The translations under genes were made by a program, and so were the position numbers. This document shows, one piece after another, positions 12,601-22,943 of a stretch of DNA of 64,000 nucleotides. The stretch comes from Amoebophrya sp. A120. Its lineage: Eukaryota > Protista > Dinoflagellata. The first letter of the stretch is position 1; the number at the start of each line of letters is the position of its first letter. The stretch covers positions 1,215,809 through 1,279,808 of the forward strand of contig CAJINV010000002.1 of NCBI GenBank assembly GCA_905178155.1. Direction: 5' to 3'. Under the pieces are notes generated by a model. It had not been told where the DNA came from and made no database searches. It saw nothing but the letters and a program-made list of their open reading frames with translations.

Positions 12601-15600
12601 CTTGTCGTTGTCGGGTAGGCCGTCCGCTAGATCGAAGTCCTCCTGCCGTTCCCCGATCTCGAAGTCGTCTAACTCAGAATCGTATCAAATGCAAATATTA
12701 TGTCTGGGTCGAGAAGACGTGGGGAGTTTGTCATGCAAATTGTACATGGCCTCCGATGCCTGTGATGCATTCTCCAGCATCACAGCTTTCCAAAGGTAAA
12801 GGTTTGATGTTCATGCCTATTCTGCATGAGGAATGCCCTCTTTGAATGGCAACAATCTGAGTGCCTGTTGCCTCTCATGCAAGACAGATTTTTGTGTGAT
12901 CGACAGCTAGCATCACAAGTCCCACTCTTTCCAGATGACCCAGACATATTTGCAATGCATAAATCGCGCTTTTTCTTCTTTTTCTTCTTCGACCCGTCCT
13001 GGTCCTCTGCACCTTCCCTCGCGATTTTTCCCTCTTCCTGGTCTTTATGCAATACAAATTTCCCGCACATGTACAACATGCATCACAAATTTCACTAAGC
13101 TTAGAACAGACAACGTGTCATGCTGAACAGGATCGAAGGGAAGCTTTTTCATGCAGACACGGCATTTGTATGTCGTGTACGGGAAATTTCCTGTGGATAG
13201 TCTTTCAGGAAATTCAACAAAGGGTTTCTCTTCGTGTTTTGCTGGGAAATGTTCAGTAAAACGTCCCTTTTCAAGTCGTGAGAATCCACCCCGTACACGG
13301 CGTCTTCGTTCACGTCAATCACCGCTCTTATCAGGTTGGTCAACTCCGTATCCGTCGCGTTCTCCTTTTTCTGTGCCTCATCCAGCACCACTTGCTGAAT
13401 CGATTTTTCCAAGTTTTTCTGTTGCGAAGCGTTATCGAAGCGGACGTTTTTCATCCTACTAGTCGAAGCTCCTGCGAGGTTCATCGTGTTCCAATCCTTG
13501 TTGTTTTTCAGTACCCCCTTCGCGTCGTTTGCCTGCTTAAACAGATCCATATCGGCTAAAGCGAAGTCCGTTTCGTCGTGGAAGGGTAACGGCTGGCTCG
13601 CCATGGTCCGGATACTGTCGTCAAACTCTCCTTTCCTTGGATCCGCCAGGGAAACGGCCGCGCGGAGTGCGCTGGGTCTGGTAGAGACTCCTCTGGAGGA
13701 AGGAAGTTGCTGTTGGGAAGATTGATGTTGTTCGGGGTAGAAAAGAAGCGGGGCGTGGACACTGTTGGAATCAAGATCACCGTCTTTTTTGTCATTTGTT
13801 CCAACTTCTACAGCGACTGCTTCGCCTCGGATCGATGAAGACGATGATGAAGTCGTCTGCTTTTTTAATATTGCCGCACGAACTACATCTGCTGCCTTTA
13901 AGTCTTGGTTCTCGTGGCTCCCTTCGGCGTAGTGTGGGTATTGTGTTTGCGAAGCCGTCAAAGTCGTGTTCTGAACTTCTTGTTTTGCTTTCCCTGCAGC
14001 AGGTTTGGCATCGTCATTCCCGTCACTAGCGGAGGATGAAGCACTCGAACTAGAACTGCCGCTTTTCTCCTTCTTTTTGTTTTTCTTTCTCTTCGCCGCT
14101 TTCGGACTCCGCGACCTTGTTCGCTTTTTCTTTCGGCCAGGACTCGAGGAGCTCCTATTTCGTTTTTTCGATTTTTTCCGAGATTTGGAAGAAGATTTCG
14201 TATTCGTTTCGTCTTCCACTATTGTTTTCATCTCCGGTTCCTCTTCCTCCTCATTTTCCGGTGGTTCTGGGTAAAAACTCGATGGATTTCCGCCCCCACT
14301 TGAGGAAGACGAACTGCTACTGCTACTGGAGGAGTTGTTCGCCTTCTTTCCACCACCCCCACCTGCTTTTGACCCCGACGCCGGTCGAATATTGGACCCC
14401 AACGCGCTCCCGAAGCTCGACGGTTGGTTGATGCTGCTCTGTCGCTGCTGACTCTGCCTGACCACGTCCGCGAAACCACCACTGCCCGCCCGGTTCAATC
14501 CACTCCCGGCTGGAGGCCCCACGGGTTTATTATTCGCTGGAGCACCACCTCCACCCCCGCCGGACCCAAAACCAGGCGCACCTCCTCCGCCTCCGGAGCC
14601 AAATCCCGGCGCAGCAGGAGCCTGTTCTGCGACGCTGTTGCCGATGCTGCCGTGGGAACCCGGGTTATGCGGAACCTCGTGGCTCATCATGGTTTGACTC
14701 GCAGGCGCGTTGGACTTGATGTTCGCGAGCTGGTTTTGGAAACCCTGCGACGGCCGCTGCGTCGACTGGATCGACGCTGAAGGTTTTGGTTTGATTTGCA
14801 GGTTCCAAAAATTTTGCTTTTCTTGCGGTGAGGAGCTCAATAATTTTATATTTTATCTTGCACACAAGACCACAGACATTAGACGCACACTGACTAACAT
14901 ACTCATGTTGTGTTGGTACTGTTGCAGCAGCAATATATAAAATTTGTACCAGGTTGCGTCATATCCAAGTTTGGATCCAGTGCGTTGAAATCCCCCGCCT
15001 CCTGTTGCACCACGCCCTGCGCAAAAAACGTCTGGTACCCGTCGGGTAAATTTGTGTCGTGTAGCGGTCTATGAACTGCAAAAGCAACGTACTAGTATGA
15101 ATAGCATCACAAATTCCCTCAGCATTAGAAATGGAATTTGTGATGCTGTTTCACTTTAGGAAGCAGATTTGTCATGCATTCTTGCAATTAGTACGAGTGC
15201 GATGCTTTTGCAGTTCATACGGTCGCCCGTCGTTGTCCAACAACGGTGTCATTCCCTCCGTCGTCGCAATGTATCCTGTGCAAAAGTATCGCACTCGTAG
15301 TAATTGCAATCCAGCATTACAAATCTTGTTCTTAAGCTAAATCTGCATTACAAATTTTATTGCTCATGCTGAGGAAATTTCTAATGCACTTATACGAGTA
15401 CGATACTTTTGCAGTGCATACAATGTTCCCGGCGCCGAAATTCCGCACGCCGAACTTTTTCGGGTCTAGACTGCCATCTCCCACCGCTCGCCCCTGCGCA
15501 TCCACGGGAACATAGATGATCCGGTCCCGTATAACCGTTCCCTGCGGTGACATCAAGGGGGAATGGGTTTTCGCCCGGGTCACCGCGTCCGCGACCATTT

Positions 15601-18600
15601 CTCCGTCGGGTTCCCGGTGCACTCCCAAAGCCGAGTAGACGCCCTCGGATAGAATGGTCCGGATGTTTCCCTTGATCGTGTCTTCATTCAGGTAATCCGC
15701 TTGGAGGTAGCCCTTCCTCAAAACTTCCGTCCCGACATTCTCCAACAGAGTGGACGAGCCCGCTAACCCAGATCGCTTCTATGACAGTCCACAACTCCCC
15801 CCCTATTGCTATTGCATGAACAGCAATACAAACACCAGCACACGTGGAGCCTGTGCATGACAAATTCATGCGCCTAGTGTACTGTTTGGGCTTCCGGCGG
15901 AATCTGTCATGCAAGCAGTGCCACAGGGAAGCACTTGGGTATGGGGTTTTGCATGACAAATGAGGGGGAGGGGGAGTTGTGCAAGGTCATAGCTCCATCG
16001 CCGTGTCCAAAGAAACCGTCGGGGCGTTATGGCGTTCTCAAGCGTTACACTCTCAACTGTTGCGCGATTTCTTGTCATGCAAATTTACAATCAGAATCGA
16101 CACGATCAAGCTGCTTCGCATGACAAATTCTCGAAGAGCCAAACAGGCTTGGAATCTGTGGCAAATTTGTCATGCAAGACGCGCAAGGTGGGCACCCCTT
16201 TCACTATTGCCATTCTTGCATCACAAATTCACGTAACAGCGAGCTGGGAATGTAACAGTTGAGAAGGCCATAGGCGTCGTAGTAGACTTGCAGCGAGGGA
16301 TCCGACCGCAAATCCTGCAAGTCCTGCAACATGGTTCGGAACCTCTCTTCCTTGTGCTGTTCCTTCACTTGGTTCAACTGTTCTGTGCTGAGTAAAAACG
16401 TCCCCACACCAGAGTCAAGATGGGGATTTTGCAACACAAACCCAAGAGCTTTGGACGTCACGCATGACAAGTTGCATTCCATAGTGTAGTGCAGGTTAGC
16501 AAGTGCAGCCGCATCACAGATCCATGTGCTTATCCTGTTCACAGCATCACAAATTTCAAAACACAATTGGAAATGGCTACCATGGGTATGCGCATCACAA
16601 ATGTCCTCGTCAATGCAAATCTGCATGACAACTCTGGGGTGGGGACGTTTTTCCTTATGATATGTTCTTTCAAATCTTTAAATTCCCGATCCGTGTCCTG
16701 ATCGACCCTGTGCTTCCAGGACTCCTTATTACAATGAAAAATGCCCCCACCCCAAAAGTTGCAATAATTTGTGATGCAAAGTTTCCAAATGAAAACTTTT
16801 TGTCATGCATGAAAGGACTATGAATCTTTCTGATGCAGAGTCTAGGCGTATATCGCATTGGTTGCATGACAAGCGCCGCTCTTGCTGGGATCTTGCGCAA
16901 TACAAATTTTTTCTATTCAGGATTGGAAACCTGTGATGCTGATAGATGCAAGAGGGCGAATGCTTCATTTGCAAAGGTTTGCAATACAAATGGTCCTAAG
17001 TTCGGGGGTGTGGGCATTTTTCATGGTAATACTCCTGAATCATCCGCTCGACCGAGTGATCCGCGATGTCGTGTAACGTTTTCTGCTATCAAATGCAAAC
17101 ATGTCTGGGTCTGGAAACTTGTGATGCAAATCTGTGAATGGAGGTGGGCGCACTACGATATGCAGCCAAGCATGACAAGTTTTTGTACTGTCATGTGTTT
17201 CGCTTTCCGCATGGCAAACTGCGTTTTTGCATGGCATGCCAGACAAGCATGACAAGTCCTGCATTCATCTTCCAGGCCCAGACAATTTTGCAATGCATAT
17301 TTGCGACACGAGGCCGCCTCTTCTTGAAATCGACCCGGACACAGCTTTTCCGTCCGGGCCTTTCTCCTGGCCGCCGAGTCCCGCTTCCTCGTATCCTGAG
17401 TAAAAACGTCCCCACACCAGAGTCCAGTTGGTAAATCTGCAACACAAATCTCCAAGTTTTGGGATTTTTGCATGACAAGTTTACATCTGTAGCGTCGTGC
17501 TGTTTAGCAAGGGTAGCCGCATGAGAAAGCCAGTCATCCCGTTTACAGCATTACAAAGTCCAAAACACAATTGGAAATGCCTCTCATGCAGATCCGCATT
17601 ACAAATGTTCCTGTCATTGCACATTTGCATGACAACTCTGGGGTGGGGACGTTTTTACACAGGATACCTCGGTCCGTTCCATCATCCGCTTGATCAGCTC
17701 GTTTTTCTCCTTCACAGTATGCATTGCAAATTTGTCCGGAAAGAATGGGATTTGTGATGCTAGCATGTCGATCACACAAAAGTCTGTATTGCATGAGAGG
17801 CAAAAGGCGCTCAGATTGGTGCCACTCAAAGAGGGCATTTCTCATGCAGAAGTAGGCAACATGAGCAAACCTTTGCGAAAGCTGTGATGCTAGAGAATGC
17901 ATCACAGGCATCTTCGGACGAGGCCATGCTGTACAATTTGCATGGCAAAGTCTTCAAATCTGCAAGACCCCGACATATTTGCATTTGATACACAACCGCT
18001 TGCAGCGATTCTGCTCGCTTCTTCAATTCCGCTTCCTTCTCCAAAGCCTCCGCTTCTTCAATTTCGACTGGGTCCGGTTGTTCCAAGAAGTCAACCAGGT
18101 TGATGCCGGAGGATAATTGCTGGTGTAACAAATCATCCCCCCGTAACTGGCCTTTGTAGTAGTCAATCTTCGCCCGGTTATATCCTATGTAAAAACGTCC
18201 CCAGCCCATATCTGCTAGACAAATCAACAAGCTTTGGTTGCTGCGCATGACAAGTTTGGCCTCGTAGTGTAATCCTGTTTAGCTTGTTCAGCAGCATCAC
18301 AAACCTAAGCGCATCATGCGTATTTGAGCATGACAAATTCCGAAACACTGCTAGAAAATGCTTCTCATGGGGCCCCGCATGAGAAACATTTTCAGCATGC
18401 AGAGTTGCATTACAACTTACTATGGGGTGGGGCCGTTTTGCTCAGGATAAGTTAAACGCGTGCTTCTCCTGCACCGTCCTTGCTTGTCCGTGCAACCTAT
18501 CCTGTGCAAAAGTATCGCACTCGTAGCAATTGCATTCATGCATTGCAAATCTCCTTTTTTTAGCGGAATCCGCATGACAAATTCCATTTCGTCATGTTGC

Positions 18601-20673
18601 TGAGCTAATTTGTATTGCAACACGACAAGCACAAGTACGATGCTTTTGCAATGCATACAACCCCTGCGCATCTGGAATCATCCGTGCGAGCTGCGCTTCC
18701 AGAGGACTCAATCCCCCTGCTCGGTTCACACTGGTGGACAAAAAAGCTGACTCGTTACTCCCCTGCATGTGGAACGAGTGGTCCCCCGGGGCGTGGCTCG
18801 CTTTCTTCGCGGCCTGCATCGCACCGGACAGGACTTCGAAATCGTGAGCGATTAACGAGCGGATGTTGACCCTTTCCTCCTGCAATTCCCGTTTCTGTTT
18901 CATCAGCGCGTCGCGGCGGATCATCAAATTCTCTAGCAACTGCCTCTGCGATACCGGGTCAATGCCGCGGTTCAGTCTCGCAACGCCGTAGGAGGGCGAG
19001 TTCGGGTCTTCGACCGCCTCGTAGCCCTCTTCGGCTAGTTCCAAAGCCTGTTTCTCCATCTGGTCGATCGCGTGATCCACGTCTTCAATCGCCGCCCGCA
19101 GCCTCACGTCCGCTCGCTGCAGCTCGTGGGTTTCCTCGGAGAGAAAATACGGGTTCACACGGAGCTTCTCGGGAGTACCCCGGTGGGTCTCGTAGATCGC
19201 GACCTGGGCCGGACGCCGGGTGTGGTCTGGAATAGTAAAGTGAGATATTAATCCGGAATGTCTTTCACTCTGTATTTGCAAATGAAATTGCAACTGCAAA
19301 GCTGCACCGTGCATAGTACTCATAAAACAGGCATGACAAACACGGTCCGTGTTGGACCAGGTAAGTACTGCCACTAAACGATGGAATGGTTAAGCAATAC
19401 CTGATTGGTACGCGCCCCCGCTTGGTCCGCCGTATTTCGAGCTTCGCATCGACGGTGACGACGGGTTGGACCTTCCGCTGTTATACATCATTTGGCTGCC
19501 CTGCTGGCCACCGTGGCCGCTTTGGTGGCTGCTCTGGCTCGCGTGGCTTTCCGCCGATTTGATGTAGTGACTTCCGCCTACCGAAGATTGCCCCGACATG
19601 TTATTTTGACTAGCAAACCCGGCTGCAGGTCCTGTTGGTCCCGGTGGTCTTTGCTGCTGCTGCATTTGCTGTTGCATGACTGGCGGTGGGCCCATTTGCA
19701 TTGCGTTGCCCATCATTCCGCCGCCACCAACTATCGTACGAAAAAAGTGTTTCACTGTAAGGACTTTGCAGGTTTTGCGTGTTCTACATGACAGATAAAA
19801 TTAGCTATGCAAGGTTCCGCAGGCAAAACTACACAGCGAAAAACCCACTGTCGTGCATGTGCTGTAGCAAGACAAACACTTGCGAGATACATTTTCTGCA
19901 TGACAAGTCTACAGTGAAAGACAAACAGTTTTTTCTTGCGATACCAACGTCGTCGATAGGGTTTCCGTCGTCGTCAAAGCTCGCGAGCAGATCGTCGTTA
20001 TCAACCTCCGATACGGCCCTGCTCTGTCGGGACATCCTCCCGGCAGCTCCACCGCCGCTCATGGGTCCCTGGTTGTTCAAGTAGTTGCTCATGCGCTGCG
20101 GTCCGGGACCCCCACCTCCCCCGCCCCCCACTGGTTGCTGAAACCCCGATCCGAATATCCCCCCACTAGCGCCGGAAGTGATATGGCTTTCTCAACTGTT
20201 ACACTCTCAACTGTTACATGGATTTGTGATGCAAGAATGGGAAAAGTGAAAGGGGGGAGATTGCGCCTGTAGCATTACAAATTCCGCACAGATTTAGGTG
20301 CTGTTTAGCCCTAGGCAAATTTGTCATGCGAAGCAGCTTCATCATCATCATGTAGTGGACACCCGCACCCAGCGCCACAGGTCAAGGATCCCCTCCCCGG
20401 GGGGTGGGCGGGGAAGCACTTTCGGCGACCTCAACATACAAAAGCCGAGCGCTACCACAGCTTGATCGAGTGGATGACGATGGTGCTTTTGCATGACAAC
20501 TTCATGTAACTACAGCTCAGAATGTAACGATTGAGAACGCCATAGGTGAGACTCTCCTGCTGTCTTCGAGCCGCTTTGGGGTTGCCGGGGTACCGCATGG
20601 CGTTGACATTCTCTTTCACGACCTTCTCCGCGGTCTCGGCCTCGGAGGCCTCCTTGGATTCTTCACCACCCAT
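3616..20673 (-). CDS. Very large low-complexity protein of unknown function (roughly 2,500-2,800 aa estimated), split by ~36 introners and a few GT-AG introns
   Basis: Start MGGEESKE at 20673. Minus-strand ORF fragments (e.g. 13200-14840, 9306-9726, 10040-10389, 18658-19226) are separated by TIR elements. The junctions I checked join in frame (REQ-DLFDNF...LVVTSG to stop 3616; GQ-GNKP; YQS-DHTRR). Not every junction was checked, so it could be two genes. Confidence 0.65.
4124..4275. mobile_element. Introner, family B (TIR tatNNNNtgcaaaagtatcgYactcgta)
   Basis: TIRs; DR cttgt; 152 bp. Confidence 0.9.
4337..4488. mobile_element. Introner, family B
   Basis: TIRs; DR aaggc. Confidence 0.9.
4822..5095. 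mobile_element. Introner, family A (degenerate)
   Basis: Eroded TIRs; flanks gctcc/gtttc. Confidence 0.75.
5450..5600. mobile_element. Introner, family B
   Basis: TIRs; DR tttcg. Confidence 0.9.
5764..5986. mobile_element. Introner, family H (TIR tatgaMagtgcacaRcYcccc)
   Basis: TIRs; DR ccttc. Confidence 0.85.
6045..6301. mobile_element. Introner, family A
   Basis: TIRs; DR ccaag/ccgag. Confidence 0.9.
6367..6635. mobile_element. Introner, family A
   Basis: TIRs; DR ctgcc. Confidence 0.9.
6903..7216. mobile_element. Introner, family I (TIR tatNNNNaggaaaaatcccc..ctccccatat)
   Basis: TIRs; DR ctgga; 314 bp. Confidence 0.85.
7391..7540. mobile_element. Introner, family B
   Basis: TIRs; DR ggctt. 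Confidence 0.9.
7608..7916. mobile_element. Introner, family G (TIR tatgg..gtgtcaggat..aaat..acaaa)
   Basis: ~50-bp imperfect TIRs; DR ccggg. Confidence 0.85.
8000..8283. mobile_element. Introner, family C (TIR tatcctgagtaaaaacgtccccacaccagagt)
   Basis: TIRs; DR cggtt. Confidence 0.85.
8351..8507 (-). other. Canonical GT-AG intron without TIRs
   Basis: cag|GTACAG...cctcAG|ggc joins VGTGQ-GNKPAYQ in frame. Confidence 0.7.
8549..8810. mobile_element. Introner, family A
   Basis: TIRs; DR aagag; close relative of 27968-28231. Confidence 0.9.
8939..9305. mobile_element. Introner, family C (long)
   Basis: TIRs; DR cgcgt; 367 bp. Confidence 0.85.
9727..10039. mobile_element. Introner, family I
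   Basis: Imperfect TIRs; DR caaaa. Confidence 0.8.
10390..10696. mobile_element. Introner, family G
   Basis: TIRs; DR tgatc/cgatc. Confidence 0.85.
10849..11114. mobile_element. Introner, family A
   Basis: TIRs; DR tctcc. Confidence 0.9.
11173..11325. mobile_element. Introner, family B
   Basis: TIRs; DR cgaag. Confidence 0.9.
11488..11606. mobile_element. Introner, family B (short, eroded)
   Basis: tatgcagtgcaaaag...cttttgcagtgcata; DR tccgg; 119 bp. Confidence 0.8.
11671..11879. mobile_element. Introner, family D (TIR tatcgcaagaaaaaactgtttcactgt)
   Basis: TIRs; DR ttgta. Confidence 0.9.
12069..12218. mobile_element. Introner, family B
   Basis: TIRs; DR atagt. Confidence 0.9.
12261..12516. 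mobile_element. Introner, family A
   Basis: TIRs; DR cagct. Confidence 0.9.
12683..12961. mobile_element. Introner, family A
   Basis: TIRs; DR aatcg. Confidence 0.85.
13046..13199. mobile_element. Introner, family F (TIR tatgcaatacaaatttcccg / tatccaYaggaaatttcccg)
   Basis: TIRs; DR gtctt; inverted relative of 48973-49143. Confidence 0.85.
15070..15219. mobile_element. Introner, family B
   Basis: TIRs; DR cggtc. Confidence 0.9.
15272..15420. mobile_element. Introner, family B
   Basis: TIRs; DR caatg. Confidence 0.9.
15780..15991. mobile_element. Introner, family H
   Basis: TIRs; DR gcttc/gctcc. Confidence 0.85.
16028..16272. mobile_element. Introner, family E (TIR tatggcgttctcaaacgttacactctcaactgt)
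   Basis: TIRs; DR ggcgt. Confidence 0.9.
16384..16662. mobile_element. Introner, family C (left end TGT)
   Basis: TIRs; DR tgttc. Confidence 0.85.
16727..17031. mobile_element. Introner, family I-like
   Basis: tattacaatgaaaaatgccc...gggcatttttcatggtaata; DR ctcct. Confidence 0.85.
17087..17299. mobile_element. Introner, family A (short)
   Basis: TIRs; DR tctgc/tttgc; 213 bp. Confidence 0.9.
17392..17666. mobile_element. Introner, family C
   Basis: TIRs; DR cctcg. Confidence 0.9.
17718..17990. mobile_element. Introner, family A
   Basis: Eroded TIRs; DR cacag/cacaa. Confidence 0.85.
18181..18449. mobile_element. Introner, family C
   Basis: TIRs; DR ggtta/agtta. Confidence 0.85.
18498..18657. 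mobile_element. Introner, family B
   Basis: TIRs; DR caacc. Confidence 0.9.
19227..19400 (-). other. Canonical GT-AG intron without TIRs
   Basis: tcag|GTATTG...ttccAG|acc joins YQS-DHTRR in frame. Confidence 0.7.
19732..19943. mobile_element. Introner, family D
   Basis: TIRs; DR ccaac. Confidence 0.9.
20182..20544. mobile_element. Introner, family E, carrying a nested ~118-bp insertion
   Basis: TIRs; DR agtga/ggtga; 363 bp versus 231-250 bp for other E copies. Confidence 0.9.
20340..20457 (-). mobile_element. Short SINE/LINE-3'-like insertion inside an introner
   Basis: Flanked by duplicated cagctt (20334-20339 and 20458-20463); (cat)4 tail at one end. Confidence 0.55.
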
Positions 20674-21536
20674 GGTAGTTTACGATGTTCCACTCGTAGT
20701 CGCAGCTCCAAAGAAAGACAAAGAGGTCCTTCCTGCTAATACAGAACGACAGAGAACTTTTGCGACTTCACTCTCATCATCAACTAATGTGCCGTGGTCG
20801 TGGTACTACAACAGCATCGCCACGACGCCGACCATTTATCTCTGTACTTCCTGTTCCCAAAAAAAAAACCTCTTTTGTACACTGGATAGATTTCATTTTG
20901 ACTTGAAACTAACTACTTGGCTGGTTTCCATGCTGGTGCGAGAGGACACGACGACGACTTCAAAACGTCCGTCTTACGAAAGCGACACATGGGTACAACA
21001 CGACGACAGAGACTACATTATGCGACGACAGCCTCGATCACAGATGCGACGGCGACAGATCGAGGAAAGAAGCCTTCTGGTGATTACGACCCTAAAGCAG
21101 CTCATTGTGCATAGCATACGAAAATGAGTGACGACGTTCTTCGATCTTTCTTTGCGAAGGGCCACGAAGTGAAACGAGTTTTTGCGCTACGAAGTAGTAG
21201 CAATCATCTGGATGCAACTTCATCAATGGCTGCGAGGATACATTTTTGTCCTTTTGCTTCTTCACGACTAGTTTTGAAGAAAGCTCATATCATGAGGAGC
21301 GCAATGTTGACGAGGAGGTGGCGCTAAAGATTGCAGGCCATTTATACCTTGGAACACATTTATTTGGCAGAGGTGAGTCTGTCGCAATCGAGATCGACAA
21401 AAACGCGTCAGTAGAATTAGAATTGTCAGCCATTACTTAATGCATTAAAAACATCGGGAAGGGGAACTATCACGGAGCGAGAGCTTAATATTATTTCCTT
21501 GTTGACATAAAATTCGTGTGCGCAAGAACAAATGAG

Positions 21537-22943
21537 CTACACCTCAGGACCCACAGGGTCTACAACTCCTGAAGAAAGCCTATCTGCAAGAACCACGTCA
21601 ACATCATCTGTGGCCTGTTCTTGCGCAGGAGCTCCACCTACTTGCGCTTGTTGCAATTTCAGTGCTTGAATATCCGCAATGACGTTCATAATACGGTAGG
21701 GCACGTTGTATCCACGCGTGTATTCTTGTAGGGTCTCGTCGTACTCCTCATCCTCATTATCCCCGTCCACAAACTCGGCCTCAATCGTTTCTACGGCCTC
21801 GTTTCTGGCCCTTTCCGCGGCCGCGGCAATCTCGCGCAAAAGGCCAACGTCGTCGAGGAGCCAGAGATCGATCGGAACCGCCTCTATCAGGTCGGCCGCC
21901 ATCAGAAAACCGCACGCAGGTTCCTTTGGTAAATTATGCGCCAAGCCCCGCGTGGGGTGCTTGCGACAGTACCAGGAGCTGCGGCCGCGGCCGTATTTCT
22001 CATCGGCATTCCCCAGTATTTCACATCGGATACTTGGTCCGAATTCCGCGCGGGCCGAGGGTTCTTTAAGTAGTGATCGGCAAAGGATTCTCACGTAGTA
22101 AAAGCTCTGCCAGAATGCGCTCACGCCGCGCTTGAAGATCGGGTCAACGTCAAGTCCCTCCCAAGCCTTATTGTCTTTAAAAAAAACGCTCATGGCTGGG
22201 GTAATTCTGTCCCATATCGTGGTTGTGAACATTGCGTGAAACGCGTCGTAGCAGAAGAAGACTTGGCGCTCGCGGTCTACATGACGGATCTGATTGTGCA
22301 GAACGGCGTCTAGCGATCGGTTGAACGGCGTCAAGGGCGGAGGGTTTCCATTTTCGTCGACCTCCGCGCGAACCTGGTGCCATTCGTCGTCGTTCGGTGC
22401 CTCGGCGTCATAATCGAAGGAGGGCCGCAACGGATCCACAGTCGGGCCGTCCCAATCGACAATTAAAAGGCCCAGGAGGAAGACTATCGCATCCACTCCC
22501 TCAGTGTAGTACCACCAACCCGGCTTCTCACTCGCAGGCAGTGCTTTTAGGACTGCGGTATCAATGACACCTTCCCGTACTCCGTAGAGATCCGGGCCAG
22601 CGACGAGCACCCGCATTTCGCGCGACGCTGGAATTTGCGACACTTCCGTGATGGGCTCAGCCGTTTCCAAATCCAGAAACCGGATGAGGCAAGGTGGCAT
22701 GGGAGGTGTGCGCAAGCTACCCTTGTTAGGGTCCAGTCTTTGCTCAGATAGTTCCTTCGCGGCAGCCGCTTGTATGGCATGCAAGGAGGTTGGCACTGCG
22801 GAAAACTGAATCTCATCACCACTGGCCTTCGTGCAAACGAACCTCACCGCCTGCTCCCTGCTGGTCGTGTCAATGGCGGCCCGCGCAGGAGAGCCAGCGA
22901 CAGCGTTGAGGTTGGAACTGGTAGTTTGTTCTTCATCCGCCAT
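21537..22943 (-). CDS. Intronless 468-aa protein of unknown function; paralog of the next gene
   Basis: ATG-to-stop ORF; shares blocks with 23867-25857 (ASGDEI, CLIR.LD.ET.EPIT, PSF.YD, FW.SF.Y.R, EPA..FL.AADL.E.VP). Confidence 0.85.
   Translation of the reverse strand: MADEEQTTSSNLNAVAGSPARAAIDTTSREQAVRFVCTKASGDEIQFSAVPTSLHAIQAAAAKELSEQRLDPNKGSLRTPPMPPCLIRFLDLETAEPITEVSQIPASREMRVLVAGPDLYGVREGVIDTAVLKALPASEKPGWWYYTEGVDAIVFLLGLLIVDWDGPTVDPLRPSFDYDAEAPNDDEWHQVRAEVDENGNPPPLTPFNRSLDAVLHNQIRHVDRERQVFFCYDAFHAMFTTTIWDRITPAMSVFFKDNKAWEGLDVDPIFKRGVSAFWQSFYYVRILCRSLLKEPSARAEFGPSIRCEILGNADEKYGRGRSSWYCRKHPTRGLAHNLPKEPACGFLMAADLIEAVPIDLWLLDDVGLLREIAAAAERARNEAVETIEAEFVDGDNEDEEYDETLQEYTRGYNVPYRIMNVIADIQALKLQQAQVGGAPAQEQATDDVDVVLADRLSSGVVDPVGPEV

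Noticed and set aside
4026-19791. Many short Cys/Met/His-rich ORFs (e.g. FQTQT, CKSIVLV, KNVPTPE)
   Set aside because: These are translations of introner TIRs and the GCATGACAA motif, not genes.
4124-20544. CRISPR-like array suggested by recurring ~30-bp repeats
   Set aside because: The repeats are inverted pairs bounding elements, spacing is irregular, the intervening DNA is coding exon, and there are no cas genes.
3616-20673. Pseudogene interpretation of the fragmented genes
   Set aside because: Frames are restored at the junctions tested and exons lack internal stops, which implies functional removal.
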